From NCBI GenBank assembly GCA_965197425.1, contig CBDANC010000014.1, forward strand, positions 1 to 64,000: 64,000 nucleotides of DNA, read 5' to 3'. The notes beneath the pieces were generated by a model. The model was given only the letters and a program-made list of their open reading frames with translations. It ran no database searches and was not told where the DNA came from. This document shows positions 9,755 through 20,218 of the stretch, piece after piece (within the stretch, counting starts at the first letter, position 1; the number at the start of each line of letters is the position of its first letter). A program made the translations under genes and the position numbers. Origin of the DNA: Bdellovibrionales bacterium. GTDB lineage: Bacteria > Bdellovibrionota > Bdellovibrionia > Bdellovibrionales > JAUICD01.

Positions 9755-11197
9755 ATGTCTCAACAATTTAAACAAACCTTAAACACATCTCAAGTGCAGA
9801 CAATAAGAATTACTCCTCAACTGCAACAGGCAATTAAGCTTTTACAGATGTCTAGAATTGAACTAGAAACTGCCGTAAGAAAAGAGATGGAAGAAAATCC
9901 AGCTCTGGAAGAAGCTCTTGAAGCGCCTACAGAAGATCTGAAAGAAGGCGAACTTAGAGATTCAAAAGAAAGCGACATAGAATCCCACGACGATCCCAGA
10001 AAAGCAGACCAAGATGAGTTTGATTGGGAAAAATATGTGGAAAGCGCCGCAGCCACAGATCAAACATTAACAAGATACCACAAAGACGAAGCTAGAAATT
10101 ATGAAAATGTAATTTCATCACCTCAAACCCTTTCGGATCACTTAACATGGCAAGTAGGCCTAAATGGTTTTAGTGATGAAGAAATTTATATGGTAAGCAA
10201 ACTAATAGAATATGTAGAAGATGATGGCTACATCAAAACGCCCTTAGAAAAAATATCTCTGGAAGAAAACATTGAATTAAAATTTTTAGAAGAAAACCTA
10301 ACTCTATTACATGAATTTGATCCACCAGGTGTTGGTGCTAGAAACTTAGAAGAATGTCTTTTAATCCAAGCAAAACACTTGGAAGAAGATACAAAGGATG
10401 TGGTAGAACTAATACAAAACCATCTAAATGATTTAGAAAAAAGAGACTATGAAACGATAGCAAAGAGCATGAATCTAAGCATTGGATATATAAAAGAACT
10501 ATGTAAGATAGTGTTTGATATGGATCCTAAACCTGGTTTTGCCTTTTCGCAGACCAGTGATATTCACTATGTTACCCCAGATGTGTTCATAACCAAAGTA
10601 AACAATGAATATATAGTAACGCTAAATGATGAAGGTGTACCTAGATTGAGAATTTCAAATTTTTATAAACAAGCAATTCGCTCTGGTTCCCTGGAAAAAA
10701 AAGAAGCAAAAAATTATATAAAAGAACGATTAAAATCAGCTAGGTTTTTAATAAAGTCGATTGAGCAAAGACAGAAAACCATAAGTAAAGTGACAGGCAG
10801 TATTATAAAACATCAACTAGATTTTTTTGAAAAAGGAAAAGATTATATAAAACCCATGATTCTAAGAGACATTGCCCAAGATGTAGGTTTGCATGAGTCA
10901 ACTGTATCCAGAGTTACCTCCAACAAGTACATGCATACACCCAAAGGAGTGTTTGAACTTAAATATTTCTTTAATTCAGGAGTATCCAGTGATAGCGGTG
11001 AATTTGTTGCCAGTAACTCTGTTAAGTCACAAATAAAAAATATCATAAAAAATGAAAATCTCAAAAAACCATACTCAGATCTCAAGCTCATGGAAATTTT
11101 GAAAGACAAGGGTATTAATATAGCCAGACGAACTGTGGCAAAGTACAGAGAAAGCCTTGGAATTGCCCCCTCAAGAAATAGAAAAAGATTTAACTAA
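9755..11197 (+). CDS. rpoN: RNA polymerase sigma-54 factor
   Basis: TPQLQQAIKLLQMS, DPPGVGAR, HESTVSR and RpoN box ARRTVAKYRE. Confidence 0.98.
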   Translation: MSQQFKQTLNTSQVQTIRITPQLQQAIKLLQMSRIELETAVRKEMEENPALEEALEAPTEDLKEGELRDSKESDIESHDDPRKADQDEFDWEKYVESAAATDQTLTRYHKDEARNYENVISSPQTLSDHLTWQVGLNGFSDEEIYMVSKLIEYVEDDGYIKTPLEKISLEENIELKFLEENLTLLHEFDPPGVGARNLEECLLIQAKHLEEDTKDVVELIQNHLNDLEKRDYETIAKSMNLSIGYIKELCKIVFDMDPKPGFAFSQTSDIHYVTPDVFITKVNNEYIVTLNDEGVPRLRISNFYKQAIRSGSLEKKEAKNYIKERLKSARFLIKSIEQRQKTISKVTGSIIKHQLDFFEKGKDYIKPMILRDIAQDVGLHESTVSRVTSNKYMHTPKGVFELKYFFNSGVSSDSGEFVASNSVKSQIKNIIKNENLKKPYSDLKLMEILKDKGINIARRTVAKYRESLGIAPSRNRKRFN

Positions 11198-11460
11198 AGG
11201 TCTTCCCCAACATTGATTGAATCTGACAATAAGCTGGCTTTGCCAGATTTTGACAGATGAATTACGTTTTGACACAGCCACTTTAAAACTCCAACAACTT
11301 GCTTTCCTTTTTTCAATTGGCTCACGGGATAAATCTTTATACTTTCCAATTGAAATGACCTCTCTGTGGTCGGTTTTTGCTAAATGGTTGCCCAGCTCTA
11401 GACACGATGCTGATCCCGTTACACAAGGTCCTCCGATGAGGCAAATAAGATGAATTGGTG
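11195..11460 (+). repeat. Mosaic dispersed repeat, copy 4
   Basis: Starts TAAAGGTCTTCCCC at the rpoN stop, contains all main modules, and ends in ATAAGATGAATTGGTG overlapping the tRNA 3' end. Confidence 0.9.
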
Positions 11461-11544
11461 CGCCAAAGTGGACTTGAACCACCACGGAAAATTAATTCCA
11501 CTAGGCCCTCAACCTAGCCTGTCTACCAATTCCAGCATTGGCGC
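11456..11544 (-). tRNA. tRNA-Leu(GAG)
   Basis: Reverse complement reads GCGCCAATGCTGGAATTGGTAGACAGG-CTAGG-TTGAGGG-CCTAG, variable arm, GTTCAAG, ends CACCA. Confidence 0.97.
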
Positions 11545-11703
11545 TAAAATACCTCAAAATATCCTATAACCTTCAGAACTCCAGCATAGCCCCTAAACCA
11601 AAGTACAGGAATATCCAGCACAATAACATTAAAATCATCCTGTAGGTACTAAACAAAACCGCAAAGGTTACCGAAAAATAAGAGGTAAGAAGGGTTTTAT
11701 TAT

Positions 11704-12777
11704 ATGAAAAAATTCAAACCATCAATATTATTAATAGTCCTAATTACAGCTCTAACCGGCTGTGGGGATGGGTCTATACCAACAAACATAAACAAACCAT
11801 CAACCGACACTACCCCAAGTGATGATCTTGGATGGACATTTGGAGAAACAGCTCAGTTAGCAATTTCAGGTAGCCAGGCCAGAAGAACACTGGAAACTCT
11901 AGGCACAGACCTTCTTCTTAATGTAAATGAATTTGAAAACTTAAGCGTTAATTTAGAAATCCAAACTATCTCGGTTCTGAATCCAGGACAACAACAATAC
12001 TACGCAGGTGATCTAAGCATTGGATGGGTAGCCAACGGAGAATTTCAACAAGTAAAAGCCAGAGCAGAAACCACCATGATGCAAGCATCTGAAAAAGATT
12101 GTTCCTGGTGGAGAGGTTGTACTGTTCTGTTCACTCAATCAAATAAAGCTAAAAGACACTCTTTTGGAAAAGGTGCGAGTGTTAGACTTATATTCGAAAT
12201 ACTCGATGAGTGGGGAGCCGACTATGATCTAATGGGAGGAGCTTTTATTTTTTATGGCAACATAAGAGGCGATGAGTTTCTGATGGACGGCTCAATTCAC
12301 TACCTTCCACCATACTGCCCGAACGGAGGAGGATGGGTTAACGGAATATTTTACGCCTGTGCAGAAAAGAGTCTGCATATGCATTGTTGGCTTTTAAGGT
12401 CAGGACCATATCAGTGCCATACTACCGATCCAAGCCCCAGTGCAGGTTACAACACATATCAAGTGCAGCACTGCAAATCAGGATCCAGATACGACGACAA
12501 CTTAAACAAATATGTTTGTCCTTCAGATAAAATCATATCTAGAAATTATACTAAAATTGGAACATTTAGAAACTTTGATTTCACGAACGCTAATACTGAT
12601 TACTACGGATCAATTTCAACATCAAGTTCATCCAGAGGTCTTGCATCGACAGAGGATAACAAACAATACCAAATATGGATGCTATACATACTGTGCGGCA
12701 CATTTATCTGCACTATAATTATAACACTGGTAGGTTACTCAAAATCAGGAAGTAAAAAAAATGAAAAAAAAGTATAA
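11704..12777 (+). CDS. Cys-rich lipoprotein with C-terminal TM helix, unknown function
   Basis: Lipobox LTGC, multiple Cys, hydrophobic C-terminal segment followed by Lys residues. Confidence 0.7.
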   Translation: MKKFKPSILLIVLITALTGCGDGSIPTNINKPSTDTTPSDDLGWTFGETAQLAISGSQARRTLETLGTDLLLNVNEFENLSVNLEIQTISVLNPGQQQYYAGDLSIGWVANGEFQQVKARAETTMMQASEKDCSWWRGCTVLFTQSNKAKRHSFGKGASVRLIFEILDEWGADYDLMGGAFIFYGNIRGDEFLMDGSIHYLPPYCPNGGGWVNGIFYACAEKSLHMHCWLLRSGPYQCHTTDPSPSAGYNTYQVQHCKSGSRYDDNLNKYVCPSDKIISRNYTKIGTFRNFDFTNANTDYYGSISTSSSSRGLASTEDNKQYQIWMLYILCGTFICTIIITLVGYSKSGSKKNEKKV

Positions 12778-13543
12778 ATCAGGATTAATTATAACCACAC
12801 TGGTCGTCTTAGCTTGTGTATTTGTTTCCTCTTATGCAGTTGTGGGCTGTGGACAAAGAAACCTGAGAAGACCTTATCTTGGTGGACAAATTTACAGTGC
12901 CACAGGCTATGCACCTCTTATTATTAGACCAGGAGATCATATAATTAACCTAACATTCTACCCATACGGGGATTACTACGGCAATACTCCAGCACGCGGG
13001 GATTACTACGGCAGTACTCCAGCACGCGGGGATTACTACAGGGGTATTCCACCGCACAACTCACCTATTATATCAAAAGGTATTTCATCCAGTGGATCTA
13101 CCAACATAGAAGGGGAATTATTCCTAGCAGATAATTTGGGGAACTCACACCTATTTGGCGGACAGTTCGGTGGATTCCAATATAACCTAGGGTATCATCC
13201 AGGTGCCATGAGACCCTACGACAACTGTTCTATACCAGCAGGACAATACACAGTTTTTACAGAATATCCAGCAGTAATGAGCGGTACCTCATTTAGCGGT
13301 TACCAACTTATAGCTCAAGGACAAGGGGGAATAACACTACTCCTGACACCAACAGAACCAAGCTTTATAGCAGGATTCAGCAATAACACCGGCAGGAACC
13401 CATATGTATCCATGCAGGTCATTGTAGAAAGAGCAAACCAGTATGCCAGAGGAAATGTGGGTGGTTACCATTTTCCAGGTCAAAGATACTGTTCTAGATA
13501 TGTGGTAACCTTCGGAGCACCACCATTAGCACCAGGGTTTTAA
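12761..13543 (+). CDS. Gly/Tyr-rich putative lipoprotein
   Basis: Signal peptide ending VVGC; overlaps the previous gene; internal GDYYGxTPAR repeat. Confidence 0.7.
   Translation: MKKKYKSGLIITTLVVLACVFVSSYAVVGCGQRNLRRPYLGGQIYSATGYAPLIIRPGDHIINLTFYPYGDYYGNTPARGDYYGSTPARGDYYRGIPPHNSPIISKGISSSGSTNIEGELFLADNLGNSHLFGGQFGGFQYNLGYHPGAMRPYDNCSIPAGQYTVFTEYPAVMSGTSFSGYQLIAQGQGGITLLLTPTEPSFIAGFSNNTGRNPYVSMQVIVERANQYARGNVGGYHFPGQRYCSRYVVTFGAPPLAPGF
12967..13039 (+). repeat. 30-bp intragenic tandem repeat, ~2.4 units
   Basis: CGGGGATTACTACGGCA(A/G)TACTCCAGCACG twice plus a partial unit. Confidence 0.9.
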
Positions 13544-13551
13544 AACAACAC

Positions 13552-14271
13552 TCAAGAAGAACCCAGCTTACTTAAAAACATATTTCTCATATCCTCCCTA
13601 ACCCTCCGTCTATCTTCCTTGGTTAAACCATTAGTTGAATAAGCAGGTAGTATGTCAATTTTAATATTTGTATTTTTTAAATTTGCAAATACACTTTTTC
13701 TAGGAAGTATTTTACCCGTATTGTGAATCACCACACCAACCAAAGGTGCCTGTGCTTCTATAGCCAAAATAAATGGACCACTTTTAAACTCCATTAATTC
13801 ATCAGAATCAGAACGTGTACTTTCAGGTGCTAACATATAGCTCATCCCATCTTGTATTCTACCAGTAGATTGACTGTATAAACCCAAGGCCTTCTTTTTG
13901 TTAGCTCTAAAGATTGGTAACATACCAATTCTTTTCATAGAAAAACCAAACACTGGTATTTTAAATAATTCAGCCTTAGCACCAAACCTAAAAGATTTTT
14001 TTACACAAAAAGCCAACAAAGGAATATCAAGTAAACTTTTGTGGTTAAACAAAAAAACACAACCTACATCAGGAATATTTTCCTCACCAACAACCTCAAC
14101 TTTTAATCCAAAAATTTTTACCAATACCCCAGACCACATCTTCAAAAAAGAATCTTGTTTACTCGTATCCACATACACTGTCCAAAGACACAAAAACGAA
14201 CACAAGGCCGTCCAAACAAGAGCTAGAACTGAAGCTAAAAAAGAACGAAAGATCATTCCTAATACGAACAA
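13552..14271 (-). CDS. plsC: 1-acyl-sn-glycerol-3-phosphate acyltransferase
   Basis: NHKSLLD (HX4D), AKAELF, PESTRS, FKSG motifs. Confidence 0.85.
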   Translation of the reverse strand: MFVLGMIFRSFLASVLALVWTALCSFLCLWTVYVDTSKQDSFLKMWSGVLVKIFGLKVEVVGEENIPDVGCVFLFNHKSLLDIPLLAFCVKKSFRFGAKAELFKIPVFGFSMKRIGMLPIFRANKKKALGLYSQSTGRIQDGMSYMLAPESTRSDSDELMEFKSGPFILAIEAQAPLVGVVIHNTGKILPRKSVFANLKNTNIKIDILPAYSTNGLTKEDRRRVREDMRNMFLSKLGSS

Positions 14272-14789
14272 TCACCTGGAACCTGACAACTCAGAGGAAG
14301 TCTGGATCCACTAGGAACTACAAATGAACCTACATCATACCAAATGCTTTCTGATTTAAAAAAATTAAACTGTACAGCATGCCTATAACACTCATCTACA
14401 ATTTGGACTGAGCCAACCTCATCAGCATACACTCCACACTCACCACCCCTTCTATTGAGCACAATCTCTAACGCATCCTGGTCCTGTGCATAAGGTTGAA
14501 TGTCATCCACATAAATCACCATTTGACTATCACTGAGGCCTAAAAACACTTCGTGAATAGGAGGTTCAATGTCCTCGTGTAATGTTTCTAAATTATGGCC
14601 AATGTATGTCAGTGGTATTAACGCACCACTCGTAGTATCAGAAAAAACGCTTCTTTTAGCACTCAACCTATGACTACCAGGTCTTTTTGCAGAGCAATTA
14701 GTGTAAGCAAACAACAGGGCCAATAAACCTACCAATAAGACAGATACTAACAATACCCTTTTTGAAAAAATTTTGCCTCTAGTAAACAC
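14259..14789 (-). CDS. Hypothetical lipoprotein, paralog of 14866..15426
   Basis: Signal peptide ending AYTNC; shares PPI, GECGVY.D..GSV and WY..GSF with its neighbour. Confidence 0.7.
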   Translation of the reverse strand: MFTRGKIFSKRVLLVSVLLVGLLALLFAYTNCSAKRPGSHRLSAKRSVFSDTTSGALIPLTYIGHNLETLHEDIEPPIHEVFLGLSDSQMVIYVDDIQPYAQDQDALEIVLNRRGGECGVYADEVGSVQIVDECYRHAVQFNFFKSESIWYDVGSFVVPSGSRLPLSCQVPGDCSY

Positions 14790-14865
14790 TCTTCAATATT
14801 ATACGAAGATATACTGAAATTCAAAACAATTAAGAACGCAAAAACATACAAACTTTCAACTGCTA

Positions 14866-15426
14866 TTATTTTATACATTCTACAAGTGGTCTTTTGTTAA
14901 AACTGCCCAAAACATACCAATTACCTTCACGATCACTAAATGAAGTAGTGTATTCGTCGCCCGCTCTCTTCACTCTAACGCTCCCAAATTGATCAATGTA
15001 AACTCCACACTCACCTTTTTTTGGCTCAAAAGTCATTTCAAGTTTACGACTACCACCACCATGGCTATCCTCAATCTTAATGGATAAATCCCTACCGCTA
15101 AAATCCATGTATATATCTTTTATTGGCGGCTTAATTTCATAACTAATTGCACTAGCTTCCCAACCTATGTTGTCCACCTTAATAATTGATGAAGCCTCCA
15201 AAGATAAACCAGATTGAGCAGCAATTAACGATTGATAACTACCATCACCACCTCTATAAGTTGTGGTTCTAGTTCTATTACAACTTAAACTAACAAAGCT
15301 AAGTAAAACACATGCAAAGAAATATATTTTTTTCATTTTAAACTCTCTATAGATATTATCCCGAGTTAAATAAATGAACTTAAATACTTTTAGTATTCTA
15401 GTCATATGATTAGAGTTTCTAGTCAA
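14866..15426 (-). CDS. Hypothetical lipoprotein; likely start MKKIYFF near 15336
   Basis: Lipobox SLSC; paralog of the adjacent gene. Confidence 0.7.
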   Translation of the reverse strand: MTRNSNHMTRILKVFKFIYLTRDNIYREFKMKKIYFFACVLLSFVSLSCNRTRTTTYRGGDGSYQSLIAAQSGLSLEASSIIKVDNIGWEASAISYEIKPPIKDIYMDFSGRDLSIKIEDSHGGGSRKLEMTFEPKKGECGVYIDQFGSVRVKRAGDEYTTSFSDREGNWYVLGSFNKRPLVECIK

Positions 15427-16289
15427 AAGACTTCTAGATTAATTGCAGTGTATGGTAATTTGACAGGTCTTTTGAACAGAGCAAGAACATTACCACCAAG
15501 CCCTGCACCAGTGGGTTTTACACAACTTGCACCATCTGAAATAGCTCTATCCATTGTTTGTTTAAGAGGAGAAATTAAACCCCAACTAACAAAACATTCT
15601 AAAGCCAAGTTCATGCCCTCAACCAATTTATCTTCATCATTTTTAGTTAATGCAAAATGTATGTGTTGAGTTGCAGTGTGCATTTTGTTATCTATCTTTT
15701 TTGCACTCAAGTTAGCTTGACAAAATTTATTTACCATCTCTACACAACGAGAAGTGACACTATTTACTCCAGAATGTATGATAGCCAAATTAGGAAAATA
15801 CTTAGGCTTAATAACCTCTAGAACTTTTTCATACCTATTGTACAAAATAGGTTTCTCTTCCAAACACACAGCTATGTCTAAACCACTACTTTCATGGTGA
15901 AACATGTTCTCTAACTTTGTACAAAAATCTAAAAGGTCACCTATTTTGATAAGCTTTAAGCTCAACAGCGTTTTCCCTACAGCCACACACATGGCAGAGC
16001 TTCCACCAATGCCCTGTCCTAATTCAAGATTACTTGTTACAACTATCCTGCCACTCAAAGCTTGCTTTATGCCCAAAAGCTCTGACGCTCTAAAAAAAAT
16101 TTTTTGAATACTAGCTTGCGCTTTTACGTTTTCATTATCTTTCAAGATATACTTCACAGATAGCTTTTCATCTTCTTCAAAACTTAGTTCCAACTTTTTC
16201 TGCTTAAGAGGTACAGCTATGGCATTTTTACCCCTAAGAACTGCATGTTCACCAGATAAAATAACCTTTCCAAACACATTAACTTTCAT
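15423..16289 (-). CDS. mvk: Mevalonate kinase (GHMP family)
   Basis: GKVILSGEHAV, GQGIGGSSA, SSGLDIA, KPTGAGLGG. Confidence 0.85.
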   Translation of the reverse strand: MKVNVFGKVILSGEHAVLRGKNAIAVPLKQKKLELSFEEDEKLSVKYILKDNENVKAQASIQKIFFRASELLGIKQALSGRIVVTSNLELGQGIGGSSAMCVAVGKTLLSLKLIKIGDLLDFCTKLENMFHHESSGLDIAVCLEEKPILYNRYEKVLEVIKPKYFPNLAIIHSGVNSVTSRCVEMVNKFCQANLSAKKIDNKMHTATQHIHFALTKNDEDKLVEGMNLALECFVSWGLISPLKQTMDRAISDGASCVKPTGAGLGGNVLALFKRPVKLPYTAINLEVF

Positions 16290-17193
16290 GGTATATACAA
16301 GGAAAATTCAACCCATTTTTCATACTCAAAGCAATGTTTTTATCCCGTGGCTTAAAAATAAGATGTATATTTGCACCCGCATCCATCGTAACCAAAGGGC
16401 CAGAACCATTATCATCCCAAATTTTCTCCACACTTCTTAATATTTCTATTGAACCTTGTTCTATGTAAAAAAACCCAGGTATTGAAGTATGAAACAAACT
16501 CATCATATCCCAAAACTCAGCACTCACCAATCCATATAACTCTTCCCATTTGTCTTCCTTCAAACAACTAATAACCTGGCTTAAACGAACAGCAGCTCTT
16601 TTAGCTCTTGTTTCATACAAAAGTGAGCTCTCAACCATTTTGTGAGCCCTTGATGAAGAAATTTTCTTTTTACCCGAAACTAAAACTGAGATATGTATAA
16701 ACTTATCACTAGGCAAATCAATCACTTGAGCTATACCCGTTTTATGATCCCACAAACACCATGGCTTAAAAAAACTTCTACAAGATGATCCTGACCCCAT
16801 TCTACTTAAAACCGAAAGTTGTGTGATACCTGGATGAACCCCATTTAAATTCAAAAACTCTTTAAAGGCCAGAGTCAACGCAGCAAAACTACTAGCTGAA
16901 CTAGCCAACCCAGAACTCATAGGAAAATTATTATAAGATTTAACTTTAAAACAATTTTCTACATCAAACTCTTTTTTCAAAAACTTTAAATGATTTAAAA
17001 ACCTATCTCTTTCACTTACACTAAAATTACTGTCTTCAAATGTATCAACTTTACTTAACTCTAATTCAACAGTTGTTCTCAAATGATCTAATGTTAAAGA
17101 TAAAGAAGAGTTAATGGGCAAGTTATCCTGTGATTTTTTACCCATGTATTTTATTAACGCTATGTTTGATGGAGCAGATGCTTGAAATATCAT
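16279..17193 (-). CDS. mvaD: Diphosphomevalonate decarboxylase
   Basis: NIALIKYMGK, GLASSAS, SGSSCRS, TMDAGAN. Confidence 0.92.
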   Translation of the reverse strand: MIFQASAPSNIALIKYMGKKSQDNLPINSSLSLTLDHLRTTVELELSKVDTFEDSNFSVSERDRFLNHLKFLKKEFDVENCFKVKSYNNFPMSSGLASSASSFAALTLAFKEFLNLNGVHPGITQLSVLSRMGSGSSCRSFFKPWCLWDHKTGIAQVIDLPSDKFIHISVLVSGKKKISSSRAHKMVESSLLYETRAKRAAVRLSQVISCLKEDKWEELYGLVSAEFWDMMSLFHTSIPGFFYIEQGSIEILRSVEKIWDDNGSGPLVTMDAGANIHLIFKPRDKNIALSMKNGLNFPCIYHES

Positions 17194-17202
17194 ATTCGCC
17201 TT

Positions 17203-17934
17203 TTATAAAATATCATTTTGTGTTGCTACAATATCCAAATTTAAATCCAAAAGACTTTGTTTGACTTCAGAAGTTTTAGCAAAATCAGAAAACACAATCA
17301 TAGTATCAGAACCCATTGCTCCACATGCTCTGACATATACCACCCCATCTATCTTAGAAAGATTATTTTTTAAACTTATAGACTCAGGCAAACATAGGTT
17401 CAATTCGTTTAACTCCAGATCAAACTCTTTTAAACATGAAAAAAAACTTTCATCCTTTTTAATAAATAAACTAAATGCATTACGAGATAGTTCTGCGAGA
17501 ACACCAAATTTTTTTACATCATTCAAACTTTCTAGATGCTTGTAAGTTTTTACCTTATTACCAGTTCTTATAATAAAAAAATCATAGAAGCTCCAATCTG
17601 TTGATAAATATTGCATACTAGATAAGTCTATTGCAAGCACCCCACCTACTAGTTGCGATATAACATCAACCCCACTTGGAGGTATACCAATTCCACTCCA
17701 GGTGGTCTCTACATATTTAGATATAATTGCTTTTGCATTTATGCTTTTAGAATTTATTTTGTTTTCAAAAATCCACTTTGCACTTGAAGCTCCAAATCCA
17801 CCTTTGGATTTGTGGGGATCATAAAATTTTCCATCTCTTTTTTCAAATTTAGGTTTAGTGTTTAGAACAACTGCACATCCATTACTAAGTACCGCATACT
17901 CTCCTATTAGAAAAGTTTTGCTTGGGAGATTCAT
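17203..17934 (-). CDS. GHMP kinase, probable phosphomevalonate kinase
   Basis: KTFLIGEY, GFGASSA, SGVDV, GAMGSD; position within the mva operon. Confidence 0.7.
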   Translation of the reverse strand: MNLPSKTFLIGEYAVLSNGCAVVLNTKPKFEKRDGKFYDPHKSKGGFGASSAKWIFENKINSKSINAKAIISKYVETTWSGIGIPPSGVDVISQLVGGVLAIDLSSMQYLSTDWSFYDFFIIRTGNKVKTYKHLESLNDVKKFGVLAELSRNAFSLFIKKDESFFSCLKEFDLELNELNLCLPESISLKNNLSKIDGVVYVRACGAMGSDTMIVFSDFAKTSEVKQSLLDLNLDIVATQNDIL

Positions 17935-17937
17935 TTG

Positions 17938-19197
17938 TTATCTCATTTGCTGTAAAATACTCATTGCATCACTAGCTGAAACTGTTTTGTTTTTAATTAA
18001 AAGTTTATTTAATTCTTGTTTAACTTTATCAACTTCAAGTTTCTTTGCACCAACCTGCATAGCAAGATTAGATGCATGCAACTTCATATGACCAATCACA
18101 ATTCCTTTTGTGACTAAAGCTTCTAATGCACCTAAATTTTGTACAAGACCAACTGCTACTAAGATTTTGCCTAATTCCTGAGAACTTTTCACTCCTAATA
18201 TTTTTAAACTCAACTTAGAAGTGGGATGAATATTGGTTACACCACCAATAACTCCAACAGCTATTGGTATTTTTAAGGTTCCCACCAAGTCTTGGCCTTC
18301 CATGTTCCATGTTGTAAGCGAGGTATATTGTCCATTTCTAGACGCATAGGCATGTATTCCGGCTTCAACAGCCCTCCAATCATTGCCAGTGGCTATCAGA
18401 ATTGGATCAATGCCATTTAAAACACCTTTATTGTTAGTAGCTGCTCTATAGGGATCAATTTTGGCAAACAAAGAAGCTTCCTGTATTTTCATTCCTAGCT
18501 CAGGATCAATATTTTTGATCACAACTTTTGATGAAAACAGCTTTGTGTCAGCCAAGTTAGATAATATACACATGGATACTTTTTCACCAGATAAATCTTC
18601 TATCTTTGGTTTAAGTGCTTCACATACTTGATTCATAATATTCGCACCCATAGAGTCAACAGGGTTTGCATACACATGCATAACACTCATCACATGGTTA
18701 TCTTCTCTTTTAATTTTACGAAGTTTGATGTCAGTGAATCCACCGCCCCTATTTATCCAACCACTAGCTAACATGTTTGCATAATCTAACAAACTTTGTT
18801 TATTTTCGTTTATTACCAGTTCCAATTTTTCTGGATTTTTTGTTTTTGCGATTTGAATTTGCCCTATAATTAAACTGCCCTTTTGATCTGTCTCTACATA
18901 CCCTTTCTGACTTACCCATTTCGCGGCCTTACTAGCTGCTGCTATCACAGATGTCTCCTCTACAGCCATAGGAATACAATAAGGCTTGTTATCTATCACA
19001 AAATGTGTTGCAACCCCTAAAGGCATATGAAAATATCCAATAGAATTTTCTATTAAATGTTCTGAAATAGTTTCAGGAAAAGTTTGATCTTTTAAAAAAA
19101 GCAAATCTTCTTTAGTTAAGTATCCAAGATCTACAAGCTTACTAAACCTCTCTTCTCTTGTAAGTTTCGAAAATCCCTCAAATTCAGATTTCTTCAA
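17938..19197 (-). CDS. mvaA: Class II HMG-CoA reductase
   Basis: ENSIG, PMAVEETSVIAA, DSMGAN, ATNNKG, GNDWRA, GHMKLH. Confidence 0.95.
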   Translation of the reverse strand: MKKSEFEGFSKLTREERFSKLVDLGYLTKEDLLFLKDQTFPETISEHLIENSIGYFHMPLGVATHFVIDNKPYCIPMAVEETSVIAAASKAAKWVSQKGYVETDQKGSLIIGQIQIAKTKNPEKLELVINENKQSLLDYANMLASGWINRGGGFTDIKLRKIKREDNHVMSVMHVYANPVDSMGANIMNQVCEALKPKIEDLSGEKVSMCILSNLADTKLFSSKVVIKNIDPELGMKIQEASLFAKIDPYRAATNNKGVLNGIDPILIATGNDWRAVEAGIHAYASRNGQYTSLTTWNMEGQDLVGTLKIPIAVGVIGGVTNIHPTSKLSLKILGVKSSQELGKILVAVGLVQNLGALEALVTKGIVIGHMKLHASNLAMQVGAKKLEVDKVKQELNKLLIKNKTVSASDAMSILQQMR

Positions 19198-20212
19198 TTA
19201 CTCCTCCTATCTCTTTTATGCACTTTTTTCCCATACAAAACATTCCGACCTTAAATTCTCTCTCTATAGTTTGCATCCATACCTCTAATTCTTCCTCCCC
19301 ACCACTTAAAACACTAGCTAAAGCTGGTTTAGCAAAACCTACAGCACTAGCACCTAGATAAATAGATTTTAGAGCGTCTAAACCGGACCTTACACCTCCC
19401 GAAGCCCACACCTCATAGCCATGTCCTAAAGTATTTTTTATAGATTCTGTAGTGGGAATACCCCAATTTTTAAAAGTCTCAGAAGCTCTTATAGCTTCCC
19501 TGTCATTTGATCTCATACCTTCAATTCTACCCCAGTGAGTACCACCGAGCCCACTTACATCCACAGCATCTACACCTACATCTGATAGTTGCTTAGCTGT
19601 TTTTTTAGAAATACCACAACCAGTTTCTTTTAAAACCACTTTAATATCTAAGCTGCTTTTGACCTTCTCCAATGTGCTAAGCCCACCTTTAAAGTTAGGG
19701 GTACCCTCAGGCTGTATTGCCTCTTGCAGAGGATTTGTGTGAATTACCAGTATATTAGAATGTAGAGAATCCAGAAGAGATTTTATCTTGTCCAAACTTA
19801 AATGGATCAACTGACTTAGACCAATATTACTTAAAATATGTATATCAGGTGCTAAATTCCTAATAGCAGATAATTCATCGTAGATTACCTTTGCATTATC
19901 AAAAAGCTGCCTTCGTTGACTACCTAAACCAAACATCCAACCAAACTTATTACAAGCTTTGGCAATTGCCTTGTTTAGCCCAACACCTCTGTCATTTCCT
20001 GCAGTCATACCACTTATAAAAAATGGAGTTTTCAAAGTCTGTCCCAAAATTGCCGCTTTAAGACTTACTTCTGAAAAATCTATTTCAGGCAAGGCGTGAT
20101 GAGGAAGATTGATCTTATCAAACCCAGATAACCCCACAGACTGATTTGACTGCTTCATAGCCAAATCTATGTGCTGGGATTTTCTAGTTTGAAAGTCAGC
20201 TATTTCACTCAT
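19184..20212 (-). CDS. fni: Type 2 isopentenyl-diphosphate isomerase
   Basis: RKSQH, GMTAG, GSQR, NPLQEAIQPEG, KETGCG, GGT.W motifs. Confidence 0.95.
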   Translation of the reverse strand: MSEIADFQTRKSQHIDLAMKQSNQSVGLSGFDKINLPHHALPEIDFSEVSLKAAILGQTLKTPFFISGMTAGNDRGVGLNKAIAKACNKFGWMFGLGSQRRQLFDNAKVIYDELSAIRNLAPDIHILSNIGLSQLIHLSLDKIKSLLDSLHSNILVIHTNPLQEAIQPEGTPNFKGGLSTLEKVKSSLDIKVVLKETGCGISKKTAKQLSDVGVDAVDVSGLGGTHWGRIEGMRSNDREAIRASETFKNWGIPTTESIKNTLGHGYEVWASGGVRSGLDALKSIYLGASAVGFAKPALASVLSGGEEELEVWMQTIEREFKVGMFCMGKKCIKEIGGVIEEI

Positions 20213-20218
20213 AATATT

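Noticed and set aside
5072..11544. Genomic island between the two tRNA-Leu genes
   Set aside because: No integrase and no duplicated tRNA 3' end; the interval contains core genes such as rpoN.
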